Part shown: positions 31,825-42,329 of the stretch, piece by piece
How the letters are laid out: each line of letters opens with the position of its first letter
Position numbering within the stretch: the first letter of the stretch is position 1
NCBI GenBank assembly: GCA_013112545.1
Contig: JABFGJ010000008.1
Location: forward strand, 95,394 to 159,393
Source of the DNA: Bacteroidota bacterium
Lineage (GTDB): Bacteria > Bacteroidota > Bacteroidia > Flavobacteriales_E > Vicingaceae
DNA length: 64,000 nt
Direction of reading: 5' to 3'
The notes under the pieces: generated by a model
What the model was told of the DNA's origin: nothing
Database searches by the model: none
What the model saw: only the letters and a program-made list of their open reading frames with translations
Position numbers and translations under genes: made by a program

Positions 31825-32316
31825 ATGGCCACTGCCAATCAAAATCTTTCAAAACATGATGCCAGCAAAGTTCCTTCTGCTGAAGGAATGCACATCTCTA
31901 TCGCTGTAGCAGAATGGAATGAACAAATTACTTCTAAGCTTTTAGAAGGTGCGAAAAATACTTTATTAAAATACGGTTTAAAAGAAGATAATTTATCCAT
32001 CCACTTTGTACCCGGTAGTTTTGAATTGCCAATGGCAGCACAATTTCTTTTTGAAAAAACCAAAACTGAAGCAGTTATCTGTTTAGGTAGTGTAATCCAA
32101 GGAGAGACAAAACATTTTGATTTTGTTTGTCAAGGAGTGAGTCAAGGGATTAAAGACGTTTCTTTAAAATACAACAAGCCTGTTATTTTTGGTGTTCTGA
32201 CTGATAATACTCTTCAACAAAGCATTGATAGAAGTGGCGGTAAGCACGGCAACAAAGGAGATGAAGCGGCAATTACAGCCATCAAAATGGTTCATCTTTG
32301 GAAAACCATTAAGTGA
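31825..32316 (+). CDS. ribH: 6,7-dimethyl-8-ribityllumazine synthase
   Basis: 163 aa. Characteristic RibH core (IAVAEWNEQITSKLLEGA...GSFELP...GVLT). Confidence 0.9.
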   Translation: MATANQNLSKHDASKVPSAEGMHISIAVAEWNEQITSKLLEGAKNTLLKYGLKEDNLSIHFVPGSFELPMAAQFLFEKTKTEAVICLGSVIQGETKHFDFVCQGVSQGIKDVSLKYNKPVIFGVLTDNTLQQSIDRSGGKHGNKGDEAAITAIKMVHLWKTIK

Positions 32317-32845
32317 GCTTAGTTTTCACTTGATCCCATGATTTAATTTGCCAATTCGTTTTAGCTGTACACAATAAATTCTGTTGAGAATCGTGCAAAT
32401 GTATAGTGCAAACTTTATACGCTATGCCATCTTTTTCTATTGCTGATATTACCGTTGTTTGATATTCTTCATCGCTTAACTCAAAGGTTGCAATTGCATC
32501 TGTTTTACCCTGGTAAAAATATTTCACTTCAATCGATTCCATAATAATGCGATATTTTTTCATGCCTAATCGAGAAAGCAAAAGCAATCCTGAAGAATAC
32601 TCGGCAGCAGTTGCTAAACCACAAGCATGCAAGCCTTTAATATGGTTAAGATTGCTTTTTATATAGGGCATTTTTACTTGAACTTTGTTGGGTTCTATGC
32701 AGATTACTTTTAAATTATGAGGTTTATTAAACGGAATAAAACGTTGCAATAAAAAATTCAACTTCCACATTCCAAAACTAGAAGTTCTTGCATTTTCTAT
32801 AATTTTATTGAAATTCATCTTTAAAAAGGTTTCTTTTGTTATCAA
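32309..32845 (-). CDS. Hotdog-fold thioesterase-like protein (DUF4442-like)
   Basis: 178 aa. PaaI/YiiD-like core (GLHACGLATAAEYSSGLLL). Confidence 0.5.
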   Translation of the reverse strand: MITKETFLKMNFNKIIENARTSSFGMWKLNFLLQRFIPFNKPHNLKVICIEPNKVQVKMPYIKSNLNHIKGLHACGLATAAEYSSGLLLLSRLGMKKYRIIMESIEVKYFYQGKTDAIATFELSDEEYQTTVISAIEKDGIAYKVCTIHLHDSQQNLLCTAKTNWQIKSWDQVKTKLT

Positions 32846-32855
32846 AGCTAGTGAA

Positions 32856-33188
32856 ATGAAAGAAGCAGAACGTAAAGAATTAAAAGAAAAAATAATTGCA
32901 ACAATTCAAATACTAAAGGCTGACATAGAAGCTTTAAAGGAATTGGTTAGACCAATAGCCCCTGAAAATGCCATAGGAAGAATAAGTCGCATGGATGCCA
33001 TTAACAATAAAAGCATCAATGAAGCTGCATTACGCAAAGCAAGCTTGAGGTATGCTGCATTAAAAGAAGCATTGCAAAAGATAGATGATGCTGACTTTGG
33101 GATATGTGCAAATTGTCGCCATGTTATCCCTATTGGGCGTTTGCTCCTTAGACCTCAAAGTAGGTCTTGTGTAAAATGTGCTTATTAA
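32856..33188 (+). CDS. DksA/TraR-family C4-type zinc-finger protein
   Basis: Start chosen at ATG 32856. C-terminal CANCRHVIPIGRLLLRPQSRSCVKC. Confidence 0.75.
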   Translation: MKEAERKELKEKIIATIQILKADIEALKELVRPIAPENAIGRISRMDAINNKSINEAALRKASLRYAALKEALQKIDDADFGICANCRHVIPIGRLLLRPQSRSCVKCAY

Positions 33189-33278
33189 TAAGGATTTAGA
33201 CTCAAATCCCATGGTCATTCCAAATCATAAAAGTATCTTTGCATCAATTAATATATTATACAATTTAAAGACAAGTTT

Positions 33279-33707
33279 ATGTCTATAGCAAGTAAAGGAA
33301 ATACAGTAAAAGTACATTATACAGGAACTTTAACTGATGAAACTGTTTTTGACAGTTCAAGAGAAAGAGAACCCATACAATTCACCGTTGGTGCAGGTCA
33401 AATGATAAAAGGATTTGACTCAGCTGTTGAAGGAATGAAAGTAGGTGAATCTAAAAAAGTAAAAATTGCATCAGAAGAAGCTTATGGTCCAAAAAACCCT
33501 GAAGCATTATTTAATGTGCCAAAAAATCAGCTACCTGAAGGGATGGAACCACAAGTGGGAATGCAGCTAGAAGCTACACAAGAAGATGGTAGAAGTCAAC
33601 TGTTAGTTGTTGCAGAAGTTCATGAAACTGAAGTTACCTTGGATGCAAATCATCCACTAGCTGGTAAAGATTTAGTATTTGACATAGAATTGATGGAAGT
33701 AGTTTAA
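33279..33707 (+). CDS. FKBP-type peptidyl-prolyl cis-trans isomerase (SlyD-like)
   Basis: 142 aa. VHYTGTLTDETVFDSS...QFTVGAGQMIKGFD. Confidence 0.85.
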   Translation: MSIASKGNTVKVHYTGTLTDETVFDSSREREPIQFTVGAGQMIKGFDSAVEGMKVGESKKVKIASEEAYGPKNPEALFNVPKNQLPEGMEPQVGMQLEATQEDGRSQLLVVAEVHETEVTLDANHPLAGKDLVFDIELMEVV

Positions 33708-33730
33708 TCTATTATTTACATATTCAAGTA

Positions 33731-33761
33731 AAAAAAGGTGCGATTTTCGCGCCTTTTTTTG
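33731..33761 (+). terminator. Rho-independent terminator
   Basis: aaaaaaggtgcgattttcgcgccttttttt: a GC-rich hairpin plus T-tract after the FKBP gene. Confidence 0.7.
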
Positions 33762-33830
33762 TTCATTATTTTTTCTACACAATCAATTTATTGATATTTT
33801 TCGGTACATTTAAAACCAATTTAAAAAGCA

Positions 33831-34412
33831 ATGGATAACTTCTTTGAAGGAATGACAGCCTTATTACAAACCTACTGGATAACAGCGCTTATCGGCACAG
33901 GTTTGTTTCTTATTATTTTTATTATGACATTCATAGGTGGTTCTGGCGACGCAGATATGGTTGCAGACAGCACCGAATTTGATGCAGATGATGGAGGTGT
34001 AGGATTTCAATTTTTTACATTTAAAAATGTAGTTGCCTTTTTCACGATTTTCGGATGGACTGGTATTATTTGCATCGAACATGAATATTCTTCAACTTTT
34101 ACCATTTTAATCTCTAGTCTTGCAGGATTAATCACGATGCTAATTACTAGTTCTTTGTTTTTCTACATGGCCAAACTTGCACAATCAGGAACATTAAACA
34201 TACAAAAAGCTAAAGGCTTAATTGGTGAAGTTTATTTGCCAATTGGCGCAAAACGCAGCTCTATTGGAAAAATCCAATTAAAAGTGCAAGGCAGTTTAAG
34301 AGAATTAGAAGCCATAACCGATCATGAAGAAGACTTACCGACTTCGTCAATAATAAAAGTAAAAGAGGTTGTAAGTGCAGAACTTTTACTAGTTGAAAAA
34401 TTAACTCAATAA
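33831..34412 (+). CDS. NfeD-like (YqiJ-like) membrane protein partnered with flotillin
   Basis: 193 aa. N-terminal TM helices, an acidic linker and a C-terminal beta-rich region. Immediately upstream of a flotillin gene. Confidence 0.5.
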   Translation: MDNFFEGMTALLQTYWITALIGTGLFLIIFIMTFIGGSGDADMVADSTEFDADDGGVGFQFFTFKNVVAFFTIFGWTGIICIEHEYSSTFTILISSLAGLITMLITSSLFFYMAKLAQSGTLNIQKAKGLIGEVYLPIGAKRSSIGKIQLKVQGSLRELEAITDHEEDLPTSSIIKVKEVVSAELLLVEKLTQ

Positions 34413-34422
34413 ATCAAAATCC

Positions 34423-35856
34423 ATGATAAATCTCATTTTTTTAGCCGGTCAATCTGGTGCAACACCTACCTATTTAGTTGGTGCTTTTGTATTAATCATT
34501 GTCGTCTTTCTCTATTCTATGTTTCGAAGGTACAAGCGTTGCCCTTCGGATCAAATTTTAGTTGTTTATGGTAAAACAGGTGGAGATAGTTCTTCTAAAT
34601 GTATTCACGGTGGAGCAGCGTTTATATGGCCGATATTCCAAGATTATTCGTTTTTAGACCTAACCCCTATTTCAATTGAAGTAAATCTTACAAAAGCGTT
34701 AAGCAAGCAAAATATACGTGTTAATGTGCCTTCTCGATTTACCATAGGTATTTCTACAGAACCGAGTATAATGCAAAATGCAGCAGAACGTTTATTGGGT
34801 TTAAGCTTGGATGCTATTAAAGAATTGGCACAAGAGATAATCTTTGGTCAATTGCGTTTGGTTGTAGCTTCTATGGATATTGAAGAAATCAACACCGACA
34901 GAGATAAATTTCTTTCTCACATTACACATAGCGTTGAAGCCGAATTAAAGAAAGTAGGTTTAAAATTAATTAACGTAAACATTACCGATATTCACGATGA
35001 ATCTGGGTATATAGAAGCTTTAGGAAAAGAAGCAGCTGCTAAAGCCATAAATGATGCGATTATTTCTGTAGCTCAAAAAGATAGAGATGGAGCCATTGGT
35101 CAAGCGCAGGCTGTACAAGACCAAAGAATACAAGTAGCTAATGCCAATGCTAAAGCTGTAGAAGGAGAAAATCTAGCTAAGGTACAAATTGCAAACTCAG
35201 ATGCAGACCGAAGAGCCAGGGAAGCAGAAGCTGAAAAAATTGCAACCGCTTCTGAGAAAGTTCAAGCAGCCAAAGCATTAGAAGAAGCTTATGCTGCTGA
35301 AAAAGAAGCTGAAATTGCTAGAGCCAAACGAAAAGAAGCCGAGCAGCAAGCAGACATTATTGTTCCTGCTTCAATTGACAAGCAAAAAATTGAAATAGAT
35401 GCAGAAGCAGAAGCAGAACAAATTAGAAGAATTGCCAAAGGTGATGCAGATGCAATATTCTTGAAAAAAGAAGCTGAAGCAAAAGGTATTTATGAAATAT
35501 TGACCAAACAAGCAGAAGGTTTAGATCGAATTGTGAAAGCTGCTGGGAATGATTCTAAGGATGCCGTATTGTTACTTATTGCTGATAAACTTCCTGAATT
35601 GGTTAGAACACAAGCAGATGCAATTAAAAACATTAAAATTGACAAAATTACTGTGTGGGAAGGTGGAAATTCTAAAGATGGCAAAACTTCAACTTCTAAC
35701 TTTATCTCAGGCATGTATAAGTCAGTTCCACCATTGCAAGAAATGTTTAACATGGCTGGTATGCAATTACCTAACTATTTAAAAGGAGAAGACGTTGAAG
35801 GTAAAGAATCAAGCACTGAAACAAAATCAAATAATGAGGATAAAAAAGTCGAGTAA
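34423..35856 (+). CDS. Flotillin family protein (SPFH/band 7 domain, YqiK-like)
   Basis: 477 aa. N-terminal TM, SPFH domain, and an Ala/Glu-rich coiled coil (EAEAEKIATASEKVQAAKALEEAYAAEKEAEIARAKRKEAEQQ). Confidence 0.85.
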   Translation: MINLIFLAGQSGATPTYLVGAFVLIIVVFLYSMFRRYKRCPSDQILVVYGKTGGDSSSKCIHGGAAFIWPIFQDYSFLDLTPISIEVNLTKALSKQNIRVNVPSRFTIGISTEPSIMQNAAERLLGLSLDAIKELAQEIIFGQLRLVVASMDIEEINTDRDKFLSHITHSVEAELKKVGLKLINVNITDIHDESGYIEALGKEAAAKAINDAIISVAQKDRDGAIGQAQAVQDQRIQVANANAKAVEGENLAKVQIANSDADRRAREAEAEKIATASEKVQAAKALEEAYAAEKEAEIARAKRKEAEQQADIIVPASIDKQKIEIDAEAEAEQIRRIAKGDADAIFLKKEAEAKGIYEILTKQAEGLDRIVKAAGNDSKDAVLLLIADKLPELVRTQADAIKNIKIDKITVWEGGNSKDGKTSTSNFISGMYKSVPPLQEMFNMAGMQLPNYLKGEDVEGKESSTETKSNNEDKKVE

Positions 35857-35894
35857 TTGAATAAATAGATTTAGATAAAATTCTTTTCAAAAAT

Positions 35895-35930
35895 TAAAAG
35901 CGCATCATTTTAAAATGATGCGCTTTCAGT
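35895..35930. terminator. Bidirectional rho-independent terminator
   Basis: aaaagcgcatcatt/ttaa/aatgatgcgctttcagttt: a perfect 13-bp stem between the convergent flotillin and 35931-36287 genes. Confidence 0.7.
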
Positions 35931-36287
35931 TTAATCCCATTCCTTTTTTTTGACAATTAAATACCAGTCCTCCCCTGTTTCTTGAAACGCATAATCGTAA
36001 ACATAATAATAAACTCGATTGTCTTTGGTGGTATAAGTATTGGTATAAAAATTAAAGTTAAATCCGAGGTTCAGCAATTTCTCTTTGGTTGTTTTCGCCT
36101 TTTCTTCTGGATTTAGTTTCATCAATATCTTTCGGTTTTTCCTTAAAATTCCATTGACACTTCGCATGTAGCTGGTATCGCTCGACTTTTCTTTATTGTT
36201 ATATGTGTTTCGGCATTGGTCTGTACAGAATTTCTTATCTATTCGCCCACTAATTTTTCGATCACATTCTAGGCATTTTCTTTCCAT
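35931..36287 (-). CDS. Hypothetical protein with an N-terminal Cys4 zinc-ribbon motif
   Basis: 118 aa. CLECDRK...CTDQCRN. Confidence 0.45.
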   Translation of the reverse strand: MERKCLECDRKISGRIDKKFCTDQCRNTYNNKEKSSDTSYMRSVNGILRKNRKILMKLNPEEKAKTTKEKLLNLGFNFNFYTNTYTTKDNRVYYYVYDYAFQETGEDWYLIVKKKEWD

Positions 36288-36364
36288 CCTTTAAAATTAA
36301 GAAAATATTGGAAAAATTATACTTAACGAATTATGAGTTCAATTCTAAAAATGAAATATTGATA

Positions 36365-37270
36365 TTATTTCTTGGCTCTTGGATGAAATTGAATAATGGC
36401 ATCTTTTAAATACTGTCGATCTAAGTGGGTATAGATTTCTGTAGTAGTAATAGATTCATGTCCTAGCATCTCTTGAACGGCTCTTAAATCAGCACCACCA
36501 TCAACCAAATGGGTAGCAAAAGAATGTCTGAAAGTGTGTGGAGATATATTTTTAGTAATCCCTGCTTTTTTAGCTAAATTTTTAACCATTGTAAAAATCA
36601 TCACTCGAGTTAGCTTATTTCCTCTTCGGTTTAAAAAAAGTACGTCAACGGCTTCTTTTTTTATATCCATGTGGTTTCTATAATGTGTTTTATAAATCTC
36701 AATATACTTCAAAGCCGTTTTTCCTATCGGAACTAATCTTTCTTTATTTCCTTTGCCGGTGACCAACAAAAAACCTTCATCCATTAACATATTTGACAAT
36801 TGTAAGTTTACCAATTCAGAAACCCGCAAACCACAACTATACATAGTTTCTATAATGGCTCTGTTTCGTTCTCCTTCAGCTTTGCTTAAATCAATGGCTG
36901 CTATTAATTCATCGATTTCAGAAATGTTTAAAAACTCAGGTAATTTACGCCCAACTTTAGGCGCTTGTATTAATTCAGCAGGACTTGTTTCAATTAGCTC
37001 TTCCAACAATAAAAACTTAAAAAAGGCCTTTAAACCCGAAATAATTCGCGCCTGAGAACGTGCAGCTATTCCCATTTCAAACAACCAAAGGATAAATTCG
37101 CTCAGGTCTTCATGGTTTATTTCTTTTGGGCTTTTATCCTTTTCAGCAAGTTCTAAATACTGAATTAGTTTGTCAATATCTTGTAAATAAGCATCAACAG
37201 AATTTTGAGACAAAGAGCGTTCTAATTTTAAAAAAGACTCAAAACCTTTGCGATAATTATTCAACTTCAT
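36365..37270 (-). CDS. xerD: Site-specific tyrosine recombinase XerD
   Basis: 301 aa. R...HxxR...Y catalytic residues (HTFRHSFATHLV...EIYTH). Divergent from aroQ, as in many Flavobacteriia. Confidence 0.8.
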   Translation of the reverse strand: MKLNNYRKGFESFLKLERSLSQNSVDAYLQDIDKLIQYLELAEKDKSPKEINHEDLSEFILWLFEMGIAARSQARIISGLKAFFKFLLLEELIETSPAELIQAPKVGRKLPEFLNISEIDELIAAIDLSKAEGERNRAIIETMYSCGLRVSELVNLQLSNMLMDEGFLLVTGKGNKERLVPIGKTALKYIEIYKTHYRNHMDIKKEAVDVLFLNRRGNKLTRVMIFTMVKNLAKKAGITKNISPHTFRHSFATHLVDGGADLRAVQEMLGHESITTTEIYTHLDRQYLKDAIIQFHPRAKK

Positions 37271-37308
37271 GACTGCAAATGTATAACTTTGGGAAGATAG
37301 AATTTTAC

Positions 37309-37737
37309 ATGAAAAAAATCTGCATAATCAACGGTCCTAATTTAAATTTGTTGGGGAAAAGAGAGCCCGAAATATATGGTTCATCAAGCTTTGAAGATTA
37401 CTTCGACACATTAAAATCATCTTTTCCTAATGTAGAACTCACTTATTTTCAATCGAATATAGAAGGAGAACTCATTAATCATTTGCATGATATCGGTTTT
37501 AAATTTGATGGTATAATTTTAAACGCTGGAGGTTATACTCATACTTCTGTTGCCATTGCAGATGCTGTAGCAGCTATAGACACTAAAGTTATAGAGGTTC
37601 ACATTTCTAATCCTGCTGCCCGAGAAAAAGAAAGACACACTTCCCTACTTTCTAAATATTGCTTGGGAACAATTTCAGGCTTAGGATTAAGTTCTTATTA
37701 TTATGCACTAGCTTACTATATGAATCAAAAAACATGA
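37309..37737 (+). CDS. aroQ: Type II 3-dehydroquinate dehydratase
   Basis: Start at ATG 37309 (MKKICIINGPNLNLLGKREPEIYG...). Conserved His/Arg regions. Confidence 0.9.
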   Translation: MKKICIINGPNLNLLGKREPEIYGSSSFEDYFDTLKSSFPNVELTYFQSNIEGELINHLHDIGFKFDGIILNAGGYTHTSVAIADAVAAIDTKVIEVHISNPAAREKERHTSLLSKYCLGTISGLGLSSYYYALAYYMNQKT

Positions 37738-38267
37738 AATTAAAGACCTTAATTATACTCATTGCTTTATGCCCAATGTATTTATTGGCGCAATTAAATA
37801 CGCTATTTCCTGAAATCCCTTGTGTGGATTTGAATGAAAAAGCCATCACAATACCCAATGACACTAAAGGAAAATTCACCTTAATTGGTGTTGCATTTTC
37901 TGAGCAAGCACAAAAAGATTTGTATTCTTGGAGTCAGCCGGTATATAATATGTTTATGGATGAAAATAACCTAAACTCCATGGTGTATGATCCCAATGTG
38001 CATTTAATTTTAATGTTTACAGGTGCTAACCAAGTGGTTTACAATAAAGCCAAACAACAAATTACAGATGGTTCTGAAGAAAGCCTAAAGGATAATATCG
38101 TTTTGTTTAAAGGAAAAATGGAAGATTACCGTAAGGATTTAGATATGAAAGATCGAAAATCTCCTTACTTTTTTGTGTTGGATAAAATGGGCAAAATCAT
38201 TTACAAAACTAAAGGAAGATACAGTCAGAAAGTATTGAATGAAGTAGCTGAATTAATTGAAGAATGA
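37734..38267 (+). CDS. Hypothetical secreted protein
   Basis: Start at ATG 37734, overlapping the aroQ stop by ATGA. Signal peptide MKLKTLIILIALCPMYLLAQ. Confidence 0.5.
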   Translation: MKLKTLIILIALCPMYLLAQLNTLFPEIPCVDLNEKAITIPNDTKGKFTLIGVAFSEQAQKDLYSWSQPVYNMFMDENNLNSMVYDPNVHLILMFTGANQVVYNKAKQQITDGSEESLKDNIVLFKGKMEDYRKDLDMKDRKSPYFFVLDKMGKIIYKTKGRYSQKVLNEVAELIEE

Positions 38268-38637
38268 GATGAATTTTGACTCAACTCTTTTTGTATTGAA
38301 TGGACTATGTGGTATTATTTTTTTAATACTCTTTTTTATCGTTTATCGATTTCCGCCTAAAAAAATTAATTCCTTTTATGGATATCGCACAGCTAGGTCT
38401 ATGAAGAACCAAGAACTATGGGATTTCGCACAAACTTTTTCGGCTATACAGTTTTTAAAGTCTGCTGTAATTTTAATCTTTGTGTCTATTATTGGTTTAT
38501 TCACAAATTTAGATCACAGTATTGACGTACTTATTGCTTCACTCATATTAGCCGCAGCAATCCTATACCCCATTTATAAAACTGAAAATGCATTAAAACA
38601 AATAGATAATTATGAAAACAATCATTCAAACAAATGA
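38257..38637 (+). CDS. SdpI/YhfL-family membrane protein
   Basis: 126 aa. YGYRTARSMKNQELWDFAQ motif flanked by TM helices. Confidence 0.6.
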   Translation: MKNEMNFDSTLFVLNGLCGIIFLILFFIVYRFPPKKINSFYGYRTARSMKNQELWDFAQTFSAIQFLKSAVILIFVSIIGLFTNLDHSIDVLIASLILAAAILYPIYKTENALKQIDNYENNHSNK

Positions 38638-38992
38638 TGCTCCTGCTCCAATAGGGCCTTACAATCAAGCAGTAAAATTTGGAAACACTTTATACACATC
38701 AGGTCAAATTGCCCTTAATCCTATAAGTGGTGAATTAATTTTAGACAATATAGAATTGGAAACAGAGCAAGTTATGCAAAACTTAAAAGCTGTTTTAGCA
38801 GCTGCAGATATGAATTTTGAAAACATTGTAAAAACATCCATTTTTTTATCTGACATGGGAAACTTTGCTCAAGTCAATGCCATCTATGGCAAATATTTTA
38901 ACGAGGCCACTGCTCCTGCTAGAGAAACCGTGCAGGTTGCATGTTTGCCAAAAAACGTAAACGTAGAGATTTCTTGTATAGCGATAAAATAG
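38612..38992 (+). CDS. ridA: RidA family protein (YjgF/reactive intermediate deaminase)
   Basis: 126 aa. APAPIGPYNQAV...YTSGQIAL...PARETVQV. Confidence 0.85.
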   Translation: MKTIIQTNDAPAPIGPYNQAVKFGNTLYTSGQIALNPISGELILDNIELETEQVMQNLKAVLAAADMNFENIVKTSIFLSDMGNFAQVNAIYGKYFNEATAPARETVQVACLPKNVNVEISCIAIK

Positions 38993-39007
38993 TTTTGTAA
39001 TATAAAG

Positions 39008-39050
39008 AAAAAAAAGGCTTTAAATTTTCATTTAAAGCCTTTTGAGTTTT
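39008..39050. terminator. Rho-independent terminator (bidirectional)
   Basis: aaaaaaaaggctttaaattttcatttaaagccttttgagtttt: a hairpin between A- and T-tracts. Confidence 0.65.
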
Positions 39051-39063
39051 AATCTATTCTTTA

Positions 39064-39174
39064 TCTAGATTTACGTTTTCTCATTTTCTTATCTTCCAAC
39101 TTTTGAAGAATTTTTTTCTGTTTCTTTTCTTTTAATTCTTCCTTAGAAGCTTTCTTTTTTAATACAGCCATGAT
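39064..39174 (-). CDS. Possible small basic protein (36 aa)
   Basis: Not on the ORF track. Reverse-strand ORF MAVLKKKASKEELKEKKQKKILQKLEDKKMRKRKSR, placed between a terminator and a 560-bp AT-rich gap. Confidence 0.2.
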
Positions 39175-39738
39175 CTATTTTTTTAATTAATAAAATAACT
39201 TCACAAAAACTCCAATTATTTACATCTATCTTTCCGAGTAGAATTATTCTATGTGATTTCTTGAACAATACTTTCTAAATACCGACCAAACCTAAAATGA
39301 TATTTCATTTTTTATGCTTCAATACCTAAACTTGTGACTTATACAGTTTGCTTAGTATTAAAATTTAATTTACAAACTGTGACAAACTAGACATTTACGG
39401 CTAAAAATTGAAGCTTAATCTATTTGATGGCTTAAATGTAATGGAGATACTACAGGCACACTCGTAATGCCTGATTAATAGAGGAAGATGATTTTTCTTT
39501 TTCTGAAAATAACAAAATCAATAAATGAACTGTATAACAGCACTTCTAGTGTTTTATAAATTCGATGAGGGAGTATATTAATCAATTGATGCATTTTAGT
39601 ATAATAACAACATTAGTTAATAATAGAGACCAAGTTAGCCATATTTGTTTGACTTTCCAAATATTAAGTACATAACATAATACAGTTGATACTTACTCTA
39701 TATTGGTATAGCTTTAAGCTCTAAAAAAGCAATTTAAC

Positions 39739-40581
39739 TCACGCATTTAAAGGTGTGAAATTGGACTTTAACTTCAAAATTCCCCATGTTATCAAAACAA
39801 ATGGTGCAGTTAAAGTAATTAATCCTAACATCATCAGCCCCTTATTCAACAAAGTTGAAAGGATAATTGCGATGCTTATCCAAAGAAAGTCACTCCACTT
39901 CTTACCTACAAGTGCAATGGCACAAAGTATAGCATTATAGCCCATTAATCCGGAATTAATTTCAATGATATTCCCAACCATAAGCCAACTCATTAAAGAA
40001 CCCAAAATGGCTGCATAAGCGGCATAAATAGCCATTAGCTTATTGTTTACGAGTGTAGCCAATAAAAAAAACAATCCAGTAATTACATTTTCTTGAAACA
40101 TCACTTGTCCAAAACTATTGCTTGAAGCCGCAAGAACATGAATGTCATTCAATGACGATTCAGAACTTGTAATTAATGGATAATTGAAGAAATACATTAA
40201 AGTATATGTAAACAACCAAGTAACCAGAACAAAAGGTGCCGTAAACGGCGGTGTTATTTTCTTTAAATAAAACATTGTTAAAGTGGATAAGACAGCAGCT
40301 ATGATTAAAGCAATGCAAATCAATAAATCAACTTCGAAAAAACACAACAAGGCGATTCCAGTTAAAGTGCCGTTAAAACCATAAAGTCCATTTTCAATGT
40401 CCTCCTTAGGATACTTCAAAACAAGTGCGGTGATGGTACTTATTATAGTGCCAAATAGAGCGGCCAATCCCATTGACCAAGAATTGTAAAAAATACCAGC
40501 TAAAAATAATATTCCTGAATAACTATTATTTTGAAACATGACCTGACCAATGCCTCGCAATATTGTTTGTAGAAACCTCAT
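39739..40581 (-). CDS. Urea transporter (UT family)
   Basis: 280 aa with about 8 TM. Internal duplication with GQVMFQ(N/E)N and TAPFVL(V/I)TW motifs in both halves. Confidence 0.7.
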   Translation of the reverse strand: MRFLQTILRGIGQVMFQNNSYSGILFLAGIFYNSWSMGLAALFGTIISTITALVLKYPKEDIENGLYGFNGTLTGIALLCFFEVDLLICIALIIAAVLSTLTMFYLKKITPPFTAPFVLVTWLFTYTLMYFFNYPLITSSESSLNDIHVLAASSNSFGQVMFQENVITGLFFLLATLVNNKLMAIYAAYAAILGSLMSWLMVGNIIEINSGLMGYNAILCAIALVGKKWSDFLWISIAIILSTLLNKGLMMLGLITLTAPFVLITWGILKLKSNFTPLNA

Positions 40582-40696
40582 ACCATTTCAAAATAAATCC
40601 AATAAGAGTTCATTGCAGCTTAGTTTTCAAACTTATTTCTAAAAGCTTGAAATAACCTTACATTTTTATGTCTCAGTAATGCTGTAAAATACTATT

Positions 40697-42160
40697 TTAA
40701 GCTAAATCCAATTCACTCAGGTTAATTCCTAGAGCTTTTGCTAGTCCTTTACCATAATTTGGATCTGCTTTATAACAGTTTCTTATGTGTCTTTCTTGAA
40801 TAAATCGCTCAGCACCTCCAACTTGACGTGCAGTATTCTCAAACAAGATTTGTTGCTGTGCTGGAGTCATTATTCTGAACAGATTTCCAGGCTGTGTATA
40901 GTAATCTTCGTCTTCTCGATGATCGTAATGAAAAGCATCTCCATCAATAGCCATTGCTGGTTCAACATGCTCTTTACTTTCAGCCCATTGACCATAACTA
41001 TTTGGCTCATAATGAATGCTAGAACCTTCATTCCCATCCACACGCATTGCCCCATCTCGATGCGGATTATGAAATGGACAAGTCGGTTTATTAACTGGGA
41101 TTTGATAATGGTTCACCCCTAGCCTATAACGTTGGGCATCGCCATAAGAAAACAATCGACCTTGCAACATTTTATCAGGAGAAAATCCAATTCCTGGAAC
41201 AACATTGGCAGGATTAAAAGCCGCTTGTTCTACATCTGCAAAATAATTCTCTGGATTTCGATTAAGCTCCATTACTCCAACATCCATTAATGGATAATCA
41301 GCATGCGGCCATACCTTAGTTAAATCAAAAGGATTAAAACGATAATCTTTAGCATCTGCTTCAGGCATAATTTGAACTTTTAAATGCCATGTTGGAAAAT
41401 CCTTTTTTTCAATGGCATCAAATAAATCTCGTTGATGGCTTTCCCTGTCTTTTCCAACGATAGCTTCTGCTTCTGCATCGCTTAAATTCTGAATCCCTTG
41501 TGCTGTTTTAAAATGAAATTTCACCCAAAAACGCTCATTCTTAGCATTTAAAAAGCTAAAGGTATGACTACCATAACCATTCATGTGCCTATAAGATTTT
41601 GGAATTCCTCTTTCGCTCATCGTTATGGTAACTTGATGCAATGCTTCAGGCAGAAGCGTCCAAAAGTCCCAATTGTGATTGGCGCTTCTGAGGTTTGTTT
41701 TTGGGTCGCGCTTCACAGCTTTATTCAAGTCAGGGAACTTGTATGGGTCTTTTAAAAAGAAAACAGGAGTATTATTTCCAGCCAAATCCCAATTTCCTTC
41801 TTCAGTATAAAATTTTAAGGCAAAACCCCTTATGTCTCTTTCTGCATCAGCAGCACCTCTTTCACCAGCAACAGTAGAAAAACGAGCAAATAGTTCTGTT
41901 TTCTTGCCAATTTCCGAAAAGATTTTAGCTTTGGTATATTTTGTAATATCATGAGTTACGGTAAAAGTTCCGAAAGCACCAGATCCTTTAGCATGCATTC
42001 TTCTTTCAGGAATAACTTCACGGTCGAAATGCGCTAATTTTTCTAGAAACCAAAAATCCTCTAAAAGCATCGGCCCTCTTTTTCCGGCGGTTTTCACATT
42101 TTGATTTTCGGCAATTGGTCTTCCCGATACAGATGTTAGTTTTTTCTTTTCGTCTTTCAT
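40697..42160 (-). CDS. Monofunctional haem catalase
   Basis: 487 aa. [18 protein letters not shown]-type motif (here [16 protein letters not shown]), distal His, and proximal Tyr region [14 protein letters not shown]. Confidence 0.95.
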   Translation of the reverse strand: MKDEKKKLTSVSGRPIAENQNVKTAGKRGPMLLEDFWFLEKLAHFDREVIPERRMHAKGSGAFGTFTVTHDITKYTKAKIFSEIGKKTELFARFSTVAGERGAADAERDIRGFALKFYTEEGNWDLAGNNTPVFFLKDPYKFPDLNKAVKRDPKTNLRSANHNWDFWTLLPEALHQVTITMSERGIPKSYRHMNGYGSHTFSFLNAKNERFWVKFHFKTAQGIQNLSDAEAEAIVGKDRESHQRDLFDAIEKKDFPTWHLKVQIMPEADAKDYRFNPFDLTKVWPHADYPLMDVGVMELNRNPENYFADVEQAAFNPANVVPGIGFSPDKMLQGRLFSYGDAQRYRLGVNHYQIPVNKPTCPFHNPHRDGAMRVDGNEGSSIHYEPNSYGQWAESKEHVEPAMAIDGDAFHYDHREDEDYYTQPGNLFRIMTPAQQQILFENTARQVGGAERFIQERHIRNCYKADPNYGKGLAKALGINLSELDLA

Positions 42161-42329
42161 GATTTTATTTTTAGGTTTAAACTTTATCGCTAATTGTTTA
42201 TCTTCTGTATCTATGGCGTTTTCTCAATACACTAAAATTCAGTTCTATGATAATGTAATTTATTACAAATAAAACTACTGATTGTTTATCATAAATTTTA
42301 ATCAGCTACCAAATACTTTAAAAAGCAGA

